NCBI GenBank assembly: GCA_963715955.1
Contig: CAVQSQ010000024.1
Location: 7,139-71,138, forward strand
Direction of reading: 5' to 3'
Origin: Candidatus Sulfomarinibacteraceae bacterium
GTDB lineage: Bacteria; Acidobacteriota; Thermoanaerobaculia; Thermoanaerobaculales; Sulfomarinibacteraceae
Length of the DNA stretch: 64,000 bases
The notes under the pieces are model-generated. The model searched no databases, was not told the origin of the DNA, and saw only the letters and a program-made list of their open reading frames with translations. A program made the position numbers and the translations under genes. Below, piece after piece: positions 30,313 through 39,322 of this stretch; positions within the stretch are counted from its first letter, which is position 1; the number at the start of each line of letters is the position of its first letter.

Positions 30313-31517
30313 CTACTTGAGCTGCAGCGACGACAGGAATTCCTCGTTGGTGGGAAACTCGCGGACCTTCTGCAACAGGAGCTCCATCGAGGCTTCCGGC
30401 GACAGCGTCGACAGCGCCCTCCGCATGAGGTAGAGCTTCTCCACCTGTTCCTTCGGGTAGAGCTTCTCCTCCTTGCGGGTCCCGGACTGCGGGATGTTGA
30501 TGCACGGGAAGATCCGTTTTTCAAAAAGCCTGCGGTCGAGCACCAGTTCCATGTTTCCGGTGCCCTTGAACTCCTGAAAGATCACCTCGTCCATGCGCGA
30601 ACCGGTGTCGATGAGACAGGTGGCGACCACGGTCAGGCTGCCGCCGTGCTCCACCTTGCGCGCCGAACCGAAAAAGCGGCGCGGCTTTTCCATCGTGCGG
30701 GCGTCGATACCACCCGACAGGATCCGTCCCGAGCCCTTCTGGAGATTGTTGAAGGCGCGCGACATGCGGGTCAGCGAATCCATGAAGACCACCACGTCCT
30801 CGCCCATTTCGACCAACCGGCGGGCCCGCTCGAAGACCATCTCGGAGACCTGGATGTGCGACTCGAGCGACTGGTCGGTCGAGGACGCGTAGACGTCTCC
30901 CCGCACCACGTTGCGTTTCCAGTCGGTGACCTCTTCGGGCCGTTCGTCCACCAGCAGGACGAAGATCTTGGTGTTGGGATGGTTGATGGCGATGCCGTGC
31001 GCCATCTGCTGCAGGAGCGTGGTCTTGCCCGCCTTGGGCGGGGAGACGATGAGACAGCGTTGTCCCTTGCCGAGGGGGGCCACCAACTGGGCGACCCGGG
31101 GCTCGACGATCTCGGGCTCGGTCTCGAGCTCGAACCGTTCCATCGGATCGATGCTGACGAGTTCCGAAAAGGGTATGGCCTTACCGCGGTAGTCCTCGGG
31201 TTGGAGACCCTCGATGGTCTCGATCTCGGACATCCGCGGACGATCGCCCGAGACCGCCTGCCCGGTGAGCAGGAGACCGCTGTCCAGGTGGAGGGGATTG
31301 ACGAGCTCTCCCGGCACGGTCGGGTCATTGGGCTCCGGTCGGCGACGAAATTGCGTTGCGACGACACCAGCAAGGGACCTCCGTTGTCCCGCACCCAGAG
31401 GTAACCCTCGACCTGGATCGGCGGCCCCTGCGGCTTCTTGCGGCGGCGCGGCCGCCGCCGCCGCCGGCGGGGTTGGCCGTCGTTGTTGTGCTGGTGCTGC
31501 TGTTCTTTTTCGCTCAT
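30313..31517 (-). CDS. rho: Transcription termination factor Rho; N-terminal RNA-binding part is in a different frame from the ATPase core (apparent 1-nt deletion near 31328-31345)
   Basis: Core in frame A: [46 protein letters not shown]. The OB-fold start (VEGYLWVRDNGG..QRNFVA) and a GAGGGAG-aac-ATG start (31517) lie in frame B. Length is 1205 nt (3n-1). Confidence 0.85.
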
Positions 31518-31827
31518 GTTCTCCCTCATCGTGCAGAATGGTCGGACGATCCACGATCTGACGAAAAGATGGCCCTCGGGCACACTCGAGTCTTCGGTCT
31601 CTTCGGGCGAACCGGATGATCTACACGGTCTTCGAGCGGTGCTCAATCATCCGGAACTGTGCGGTTCGGGCGCCGTCGCCACGATCACGGGCGGGCGTCA
31701 TCCACGAACCACCACATCCAGCCTACCCGGAAAAGCATGGATTGGCAACATTCCTCGCCGTGTCATCGCTACCATTGCCCTGTGTGCGGGCGGAACATCA
31801 CGGCTCCGCATAGTTCACCTTGCATCC

Positions 31828-32088
31828 TCAACCGTCCCACATGCGCTCGTAGGACTGCAGCCGGTGATCGACGAAGACCATGGCTTCCTCGACGGTCGGG
31901 CGCGGGCGCACGAGGATCTGGCGGTCCGGCGTCTCTTCCTGGACGTAGATGGTTCCGTCGAGGTCGAGCACGCGCAGCCAGCCCGCGACACCTGTGTTCT
32001 CCTCACGGATGATCCCGGCCGATTCGAGAACAGCCGCCAACTCCGCGGCTGCCAGCCGCACCGGAGATGGGCCTTCGAGGCGCCCCAT
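31828..32088 (-). CDS. Small hypothetical protein (86 aa)
   Basis: Only the C-terminal part of ORF 31828..32304 is free of overlap with the upstream gene. No recognisable motif. Confidence 0.3.
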   Translation of the reverse strand: MGRLEGPSPVRLAAAELAAVLESAGIIREENTGVAGWLRVLDLDGTIYVQEETPDRQILVRPRPTVEEAMVFVDHRLQSYERMWDG

Positions 32089-32141
32089 CAGGTCCCGGCT
32101 GCTCACGGCTCGCGCCCCGATCCGATGTCCGCCCGTCGGCT

Positions 32142-32588
32142 TCAGTTGGCGGAGATGGTGAGAGACATGCCCGAGAGCTTCTGGTCGGTGATCTCGAGCG
32201 CCATACCCGGCACCTTCTTGTTGGCCTTGTTGATCGCGACGACCTTGTCGCCCTTCTTCTTCACCTTGTAGTTGGCGCCCGCCGCGAGGGAGAGCTCTTT
32301 CCACAGGTCCTCGGTGATCTGTTTGGGCTTCATTTTCGCCACCACGTTGATGGTGAACTTGACCGGTTCCCCATCGAGCGGTTTGAAGACCATGCTGAAG
32401 GTGCCGTTGGCCTGGGGTTTGCCGTTGACGGTGATCTTCCAGCTGTCGCGATAGACGGTGGGAATCACAGCGGTGCCGGGTTCCTCGTCCTCGGCCCAGA
32501 CCGACAGGGCCGGTGCGACGGTGCAGAGAACAAGCGCGAGTCCTAGGATTGTGACGACGGTCTTACCTGAAACAACTGAATCACGCAT
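32142..32588 (-). CDS. Small secreted Lys-rich hypothetical protein (148 aa)
   Basis: GGGAGG-cacc-ATG start and signal peptide VVTILGLALVLCTVAPALSVWA. Confidence 0.55.
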   Translation of the reverse strand: MRDSVVSGKTVVTILGLALVLCTVAPALSVWAEDEEPGTAVIPTVYRDSWKITVNGKPQANGTFSMVFKPLDGEPVKFTINVVAKMKPKQITEDLWKELSLAAGANYKVKKKGDKVVAINKANKKVPGMALEITDQKLSGMSLTISAN

Positions 32589-32798
32589 GGTGCCTCCCGA
32601 AACGACATTCGTGGCGTGAGTATACATCGCTCCCGCTGAAGATCGCCGCGAGCCGCGGAAAACGGGCCTTTGGGGGCGGTCGCGACGACCACGGAATGTC
32701 AGGAAGAATGCCTGTAAAAGAGCCTCGTTCTCATTTGCATAATGGATGATATGATCAACCGGCGAATTATGAGACATGGCTCTGGGAGGAGGCAGTTC

Positions 32799-33351
32799 GT
32801 GAATCACCGACCGCTGCATTTTCACTCGATGATGGTGCATGGGGTGGTGGCTTTCGCGCCCCTGGCGGCGCTCGCCCTGGTGCTCGCATCCACACGGGTC
32901 GACCATCGGTCCGGCCGGGCCCGAGGTGTGGGGCCTGCTGCTTCGCGGATCGTTGCTGGCGATGCTGGTGCTCGCGGTGCCGTCGACGATATCAGGCATC
33001 ACCGAACGCAATCACATGTACGCCGGGTGGCCGCCGAGCCATCGGGCGAAGCTGGTGCTGTCGATGGTGTTGGTGGTGTTGGTGGTGGGCGAGCTGATGG
33101 TCTTGAATGGAGCGGTCGAACTGCCGTCGTACCTTTCGTTGTTCGGCCTTGCGGTCATCGTCGGCAACTGCCTGGTCGTGTTCGGGCTCTCGTTCTTCGG
33201 TCTCAAGATCACCCTCGGCCGCCAGGGTTTCGGGAAGACGTCATACCTCCCCGACATGGACTGGGAGCCAGCGATCGACATTCTCGCCTGTGTGGCCGAT
33301 TACTCGGGAGACCCGCCCAAGCTGATCGACGTCCAGGAGGAGCACAACTGA
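32799..33351 (+). pseudogene. DUF2231-like four-TM membrane protein, frame-disrupted (+1) near 32895-32925
   Basis: GGGAGGAGG-6nt-GTG start. The first TM and H-x-x-VH motif (HRPLHFHSMMVHGVVAFAPL) are in frame 1 and TM2-4 in frame 2. Length is 553 nt (3n+1). Confidence 0.5.
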
Positions 33352-34491
33352 TGATGGACTTCAGCCTCAGTCACGAACAGCAGGAGCAGGTGGAAAAGGC
33401 GCGCGCCTTCACCAAGGAGTGGATCTCGCCGAAGGCCGTCGAGTACGACCGCACCGGGGAGTTTCCGCTCGAGATCTGCCGCGAGGCGTTCAAACAGGGT
33501 TTGATGAACCCCCACGTGCCGGCCGAGTACGGGGGCACGCCGCACACGGTTCTCGACCACTGTCTGGTTCTCGAGGAACTGGCGACCGGGTGCTCGGGCA
33601 TCGCCACCGCCATCGACGCCAACGGTCTGTCGCAGTACCCGGTGATCCTCGCCGGGACCGACGATCAGAAACGGCGTTTCCTGGCGCCGATGACCGAGAC
33701 GCTGAAGTTCTCGGCCTATGCGGTGACCGAACCCGAGGCCGGTTCGGATGTCTCGCGGGTCAAGACCACCGCCACCAAGGTCGGCAACGATTACGCGCTC
33801 AACGGGATCAAGTGGTGGATCACCAACGGGTCGGTGGCGGACTGGTACTTCGTCCTCGACTCGCGCCGACGAAAAACCGACCGCCTTCATCGTCCCCGCC
33901 GACACCCCGGGCATCATCCGCGGACCGAAGGAGATCAACCTCGGACAGCACGCCTCCAACACCGTGAGAGTCACCTTCGAGGACGTCAAGGTGTCGGCGA
34001 AGAACCGGCTCGGGGAGGAGGGCGACGGGTTCCAGATCGCCATGAAGACCTTTGACCACACCCGGCCCGGGGTCGCCAGCGGCGCCAACGGGATCGCCAA
34101 GGCGGCGCTCAACATCGCCCTTTCCTACGCCAAACGCCGGCGGACCTTCGACAAGAAACTGATCTCGAACCAGGGGATCTCCTTCAAGCTCGCGGAGATG
34201 ATGACCCGCCTCGATGCCGCCAGATATCTGACCTACAAGGCGGCGTGGCTGTTCGACCGCGGTGAGGACAACGCCCGTGAGGCGGCCGAGGCCAAGTGGT
34301 TTGCCGCCGACGTCGCCATGCAGGCCGCCATCGAGTGCGCCCAGGTGCTGGGCGGCTACGGTTTCACCAGCGAGATGCCGGCGGAAAAGCTGATCCGCGA
34401 CGCCAAGATCTACCAGATCTACGAGGGCGCCACCGAGATCCAGAAGATGATCATCGTCGGCAAGCTGATGCGGATCAAGGAGGTCCACTGA
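33351..34491 (+). pseudogene. Acyl-CoA dehydrogenase, frame-disrupted (+1) near 33851-33866
   Basis: The N-terminal half (..YAVTEPEAGSDV..NGIKWWITNGSVADWYFVL) and C-terminal half (ADEKPTAFIVPADTPGI..IYEGATEIQK) lie in adjacent frames. Length is 1141 nt (3n+1). Confidence 0.85.
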
Positions 34492-34524
34492 TGATCGCGC
34501 GACATCCGCACCCTGGTCCGGAAG

Positions 34525-35205
34525 GTGGCGGAGCGGTTCAAGGGCAGGTTCACCGGCCGCACCTTTCGCTGCCCGGTCTGTCATCTCGAACTCGCCATGG
34601 TCGATGCCGACGGCAATCGCTTGATGGTCTGCCCCCTGTGCGGGGTGGTGCTCGACGTCGAGGAGGTCTACGGCCACGCCGTGCCGGTCGTCCTCGAGGT
34701 GGAGCTCTATCGCCCGCAGCCCAAGATGAGGCTGCATCCACTGGCCACCCACGCGCCGATCGGGCTCTATCCCTTTGCGGTCCTCGGGGTGGGACTCCTG
34801 CTGCTGGCGTCGGTGCTGGCGCCGGTGGTGCCGGCTTTGGCTCCGCTGCTCGTGAGGGCCCCGGTTGTAGCGACTGCGACCCTGGTGCTGTTGGTCCTGT
34901 CGGTCGGGTTGTCGGCCCTCACTCTCGCGTCCGGTCTGTGGGACTGGAACCGCCGCTACCGGCGCCGACCCTACTGGCAGATCAGGCTCAAGATCGCGTT
35001 CTCGGTGCTCTTCCTGGTCCTCGGCGGGGCGGCGATCGCTCTCCACGCATCGGGCGCCGTGTTCTCCGCATCCACCGGACTCGTCGATCTGGCGTCACCA
35101 CTCGCGGTGGTCCTCGCTGCGGCAGAGCTCGCGGCCCTCGCCGCAGGCATGGTGGTCATCGCGACCCTCGGCCACGTCGGCGGCACCCTGGTGTTCGGGA
35201 GGTAG
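34525..35205 (+). CDS. Zinc-ribbon + DUF2231-type membrane protein
   Basis: CPVC...CPLC N-terminal ribbon, HPLATHAPIGLYPF motif, four TM helices. Confidence 0.55.
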   Translation: MAERFKGRFTGRTFRCPVCHLELAMVDADGNRLMVCPLCGVVLDVEEVYGHAVPVVLEVELYRPQPKMRLHPLATHAPIGLYPFAVLGVGLLLLASVLAPVVPALAPLLVRAPVVATATLVLLVLSVGLSALTLASGLWDWNRRYRRRPYWQIRLKIAFSVLFLVLGGAAIALHASGAVFSASTGLVDLASPLAVVLAAAELAALAAGMVVIATLGHVGGTLVFGR

Positions 35206-35251
35206 AGTCGGGTCTTCCGGCTCGCTCCCGAACCGCCCAGTCGGTGGTGGG

Positions 35252-35872
35252 TCAGAGGCCCGCGGACCCGAAGAGGGCCTCCACGTCGATGGAGTCGTCC
35301 CGGACTCTCTCGGGCGCCCGCACCAGGTAATTGTGTCGCTTCCCGTAGATCATGAGTGCCTTTTCCACCTTGGTGCGGCCGCGGTAGAGCCGTGACATGA
35401 CGGTCCCCACGGGCACGGCGAGCATGTCCGCCACCTCCTGATAGGTGTGGCCCTGGATGTCGACGAGGAGCAGCGCCATTTTGTAGTCGTGGGGGAGGGC
35501 GTTGATGGCGCGGGCGACATCGTCGTCCATCTCCTCGGAGAGCGCCGCTGCCTCGGGACTGAGCTCGACCAGACCGTCGAGGTCGCCGCTGTCGCGCAGC
35601 TCGTCGAGCTCGACCTGCTGCGGCTGGATCTTGCGTTTGCGGTAGCCGTTGATGAAGTTGTTCTTCATGATCCGGAAGAGCCACGCCTTGAGGTTGGTGC
35701 CCTCCTCGAATCCCGAGTAGTAGCGGAAGGCCTTGAGGTAGGTTTCCTGCAACAGGTCTTCGGACTCGGGAACCGAGCGAGTCATGCGCAGCGCGGTCTT
35801 GTAGAGCTGGTCGTAGTAGGGCAGTTTGCCGGATTCGAAGTCCCATGAAGTTGTTTCGTTGCTGGTCGTCAT
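35252..35872 (-). CDS. ECF-family RNA polymerase sigma factor (no adjacent anti-sigma gene)
   Basis: AGGAGG-cggac-ATG start. Region 2 (LLQETYLKAF..LKAWLFRIMKNNFINGYRKRK) and region 4 (LVDIQGHTYQEVADMLAVPVGTVMSRLYRGR). Confidence 0.85.
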   Translation of the reverse strand: MTTSNETTSWDFESGKLPYYDQLYKTALRMTRSVPESEDLLQETYLKAFRYYSGFEEGTNLKAWLFRIMKNNFINGYRKRKIQPQQVELDELRDSGDLDGLVELSPEAAALSEEMDDDVARAINALPHDYKMALLLVDIQGHTYQEVADMLAVPVGTVMSRLYRGRTKVEKALMIYGKRHNYLVRAPERVRDDSIDVEALFGSAGL

Positions 35873-35890
35873 GTCCGCCTCCTGGACATC

Positions 35891-35948
35891 AATATGGTGC
35901 CAACGATAGTTTTTGTCAAGCTTTTTTCTTATTTTTTCTAGATTTTTT
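35891..35948 (-). promoter_or_regulatory. Sigma70-like promoter with three helically phased A6 tracts (UP-element-like)
   Basis: On the minus strand: TTGACA (35919-35914), 17-nt spacer, CATATT (35896-35891). A6 tracts at 35922-27, 35932-37 and 35943-48 are spaced 10 and 11 bp apart. Confidence 0.5.
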
Positions 35949-36039
35949 CTTGAAATATCGGCAAACATTGAACTTGAAGAGATGGAAGGTGGGGGCGTCT
36001 TCGCAGTGGATGATTCAGGGAACACGAAGATGAGAGTTC

Positions 36040-36120
36040 AGCCTCTTGCAAAAACCGATTCTGAACACCGTAGGGGCGGGGTTTATCCCCGCCCGCTCAT
36101 GTCGAATTTTGCAAGAGGCT
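36040..36120. repeat. MITE/REP-like element: perfect 14-bp terminal inverted repeats around a GC hairpin
   Basis: AGCCTCTTGCAAAA (36040-53) pairs with TTTTGCAAGAGGCT (36107-20). The central GTAGGGGCGGGGTTTATCCCCGCCC hairpin spans 36070-36094. Confidence 0.65.
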
Positions 36121-36185
36121 CAGTTGTGTGCGGAGGGGGTTCCTCCGCGAGAAAGGGAGTCGGTTGCCGGTCGGTGTGCGTGCAG

Positions 36186-37032
36186 TCACCTCGACCGAAG
36201 TCGGCGCGGCAGCGGTACGAAGGCCGGAGTCGAGGCGATGTAGTCCGCGTAGTCCGGTCGACGCTCGACCATCGCGGAGTCGAGCAGAGCGACGCCGGAG
36301 ACCTTGAGCAGGAGGTAGGTGGTCATGATCGGCCCGATCAGTGACAGCCACCCGCCAACCGGCAGGGTGACCAGCGCAATGCCCCACCACAGAACCGCCT
36401 CGCCGAAGTAGTTGGGGTGGCGGGACAACGACCACAGACCGGAACGCATCACCCGGCCCGCGTTCGCCGGGTCCCTCTTGAACCGCTGCAGCTGCCAGTC
36501 CGCCACCGTCTCGTAGACGAAACCGCAGCACCACAGGACCAGCCCCAGCCCACCGATGATCCCGATCGGTCGAGATCCGCCGAGGTGGGCGAGACAGCAA
36601 CGGCGAGGAAACGATCCACAGCACCACCGCCTGGAGGAGAAACACCTTGAAAAATGAGACCCACCAGAAGTTTCCGCCGGACTCCTCGCGCCATTTCCGG
36701 TACCGGAAATCCTCCCCGGCGCCGGCGTTTCGCAAGCCGATGTAGAGCGCGAGCCGGAGGGCCCACACGGTGACCAGCGCAAGGACCACCAATCCCCTGA
36801 AAGTCGGTGCACCGGGGGCGGTAACGGCGTAGAAAACGCCCACCAGGACAAAGCCCGGGCCCCAGAAGATGTCGACGATACCGGCGTTTTTCAAGAGCAG
36901 GCTGACTCCCCAGAGGACCGCGAAGGCGACGATCACCACCACCAGACCGTCCAGGAAATCGTGATCGCTGAGAAGAAGCACCGCGCTGCTCAGCAAAGTG
37001 CCGATCGAAAAGATCATGGCGTTGCGGTCCAT
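36186..37032 (-). pseudogene. DUF1295 / steroid-5-alpha-reductase-like membrane protein, frame-disrupted (+1) near 36588-36600
   Basis: The N-terminal part (DIFWGPGF..EDFRYRKWREESGGNFWWVSFFKVFLLQ) and C-terminal part (ETVADWQLQRFKRDPANAGRVMRSGLWSLSRHPNYFGE) are in adjacent frames. Length is 847 nt (3n+1). Confidence 0.75.
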
Positions 37033-37306
37033 TGGAAGCCTCCCAGGCTATCATTGTCCGTCAATCCGAGTGTGATCGGAACATGGTACGTGGGAAGTGG
37101 CGCGTCGAGCAAATCATTCCGAAGGTCGTCTTGTTCGACGACGGCTCGGGTTGGGAGTCGAGTTGGACGGAGAAGGAAAACAGGTGGTCTGGAATTCCCG
37201 GTTCCCGGCAGAAGGTTCACCGGTCGTTCCAATCGGATGCGCGGTCTCGCTGCGGTCAGATTCAGCGTGGCGCGCTCGAAACCGAGTCGAGAAGAAAGGG
37301 CGCTCA

Positions 37307-38561
37307 ATGAGGATTGCGGTCGTGGGAAGTGGAATCTCGGGTCTGGCGGCGGCGTGGTTGCTGGATCGCCGGCACGAGGTGCATCTGTTCGAGCGCCGGC
37401 CGCGTCTCGGCGGCCACACCCACACGGTTGTCCACGACGTGGAGGGCCGTGAGCTGTCTCCTCGACACCGGCTTCATCGTCTACAACGAAGCCACCTATC
37501 CGAACCTGACCCGCGTTTTCGCCGAGCTCGAGGTGGCGACCCGCGCCAGCGACATGTCGTTTTCGGTGAGCTGTGCGGATCCCGACATCGAGTACGCATC
37601 CCACGGGTTGCGCGGTCTGTTTGCACAGAAATCACTTATTTTCTCCGCGACCTATCTTCGTTTGCTGGTCGATGTCGTTCGTTTCGGCCGCCGCGGCCGC
37701 CGGGTGCTCGCTTCGTCCGCGGACCCCGATGCGACCATCACCGAGTTCCTCGAGGAAGGGCGCTTCAGCGAGGCCTTTGCCCGGTACTACCTGATGCCGA
37801 TGATCGCTGCGATCTGGTCGACCGGGGCCGAGCAGGCTTCGGCCTACCCTCGCGATCCTCTGCTTCGCTTTCTCCGAAACCACGGTCTGCTCCAGGTCAC
37901 CGGGCAGCCGGAGTGGCGGACGGTGGTGGGCGGAAGCTGGAGTTACATCGACCCGATGGTGCGCGGGTTCAGCGACAGGATCCATCTCGGAAGCGGTGTG
38001 AGCGCCATCGCTCGCGGGGGCGATGGGGTCGAGATCCGTCTCGAAAACGGGTCGACCCACCGCTTCGACCACGTGGTGATCGCAGCCCACGCGGATCAGG
38101 CCTTGGCGATGCTCACGGAGCCGACGCCGCTCGAGCGTGATCTGTTGGGCCGTTGGCACTACCCCGCCAACGACACCTGGCTCCATACGGACGCTTCGCT
38201 CATGCCCCGTCGCCGCAATGCGTGGGCGTCGTGGAACTACCTCCTCCCGGGCGGCGACGATCCCGCAAAAGGGGTCTCGATGAGTTACCACCTCAACCGG
38301 CTCCAGGGACTGGCCGAGGACCGCGACTACATGGTGACCCTCAACCCCGAACGCGAGCCCGAACCGGATTCGGTGATCCGCCGAATGACCTACTCCCACC
38401 CGGTCTACACCCGCGCCAGCGTGGCGACCCAGTCCGAGCTGCCGAATCTCAACGGCCGCAACCGTACCCATTTCTGCGGCGCCTATTTCGGCAACGGCTT
38501 TCACGAAGATGGACTCAACTCGGCGATCGCTGTGGCCGACGACCTCGGGGTGACGTTCTGA
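37307..38561 (+). pseudogene. FAD-dependent oxidoreductase (amine-oxidase/desaturase-like), frame-disrupted (+1) near 37451-37466
   Basis: The MRIAVVGSGISGLAAAWLL..GGHTHTV dinucleotide fold is in frame 1 and LDTGFIVYNEATYPNL onward in frame 2. Length is 1255 nt (3n+1). Confidence 0.8.
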
Positions 38562-39322
38562 TGGACCGGTCGGCCCTCTACGTCGGAACCGTCCGCCACC
38601 GCAGGCTGGGCAAACCAGCGCACGGATTCACCTACCGTGTCTGGCACGCGCTGATCGACCTCGAGGATCTCCCCAGTCTGGCGGCCGGCGTCCGCGGGTT
38701 TTCTCACAACGGTTTCAACCTCGCGTCGTTCGACGATCGCGACCACATGGGTCCCGCAAGAGAACCGGTTCGGGAAAAGCTCGAAACCTGGCTTCGCGAC
38801 CGTGGTCTCGCCAGCGGTCTGGCGAAGATCTCGTTGTTGACCCACCTCCGCGTGCTCGGCCACGGCTTCAACCCGGTGTCCTTCTATTTCTGTCGAGACG
38901 AGGACGATGCCCTGCGCCACGTCGTGGCCGAGGTCAACAACACCTTCGGCGAGACCTATTGCTACCTCCTCGCCGCCGATGGCGGTGTCGTCCGCCAGGA
39001 AGAGGACAAGGTCTTCCACGTGTCGCCCTTTCAACCGGTCGACGGGCGTTACCGCTTCCGGGTTTCGGCGCCGGGGCCGAAAATGGCGGCACACATCGAG
39101 GTCATTCGCGGCGGCGAAAGCGTCTTCGACACGACCCTGACGGCCGAGCGCCGGCCCTTCACCGGGCCTTCGTTGTTCAAGACCGTGGGGCGCCATCCCC
39201 ACACCGGTCTGCGGACCCTGGCGCTGATCCACTATCAGGCGCTGCGGCTGTGGCTCAAACGCGCACCCTTCTACTCGAAACCGGAGCCCCCGCCGGGGGC
39301 GTGGAGGACCCGCCATGGCTGA
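38561..39322 (+). CDS. DUF1365-family protein
   Basis: SALYVGTVRHRR..F.Y ... LGHGFNPVSFYFC ... VFHVSPF signature. TGATG overlap with the upstream gene. Confidence 0.8.
   Translation: MDRSALYVGTVRHRRLGKPAHGFTYRVWHALIDLEDLPSLAAGVRGFSHNGFNLASFDDRDHMGPAREPVREKLETWLRDRGLASGLAKISLLTHLRVLGHGFNPVSFYFCRDEDDALRHVVAEVNNTFGETYCYLLAADGGVVRQEEDKVFHVSPFQPVDGRYRFRVSAPGPKMAAHIEVIRGGESVFDTTLTAERRPFTGPSLFKTVGRHPHTGLRTLALIHYQALRLWLKRAPFYSKPEPPPGAWRTRHG

Noticed and set aside
29527-31404. 625-aa plus-strand ORF
   Set aside because: It is antisense to the radical-SAM gene and rho, both unambiguous.
31518-31554. ATG at 31554 as the rho start (413-aa single-frame product)
   Set aside because: No SD was seen upstream. 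The resulting N-terminus (..AAAAAAPPQEAAGAADPG..) lacks the OB-fold start, which is found in the other frame behind a good SD-ATG at 31517. Kept only as the alternative hypothesis.
37078-37106. ECF-type promoter (GGAAC ... CGTC) upstream of the FAD oxidoreductase operon
   Set aside because: The spacer is 20 nt, outside the usual 16-17 nt. No support beyond the two short words.
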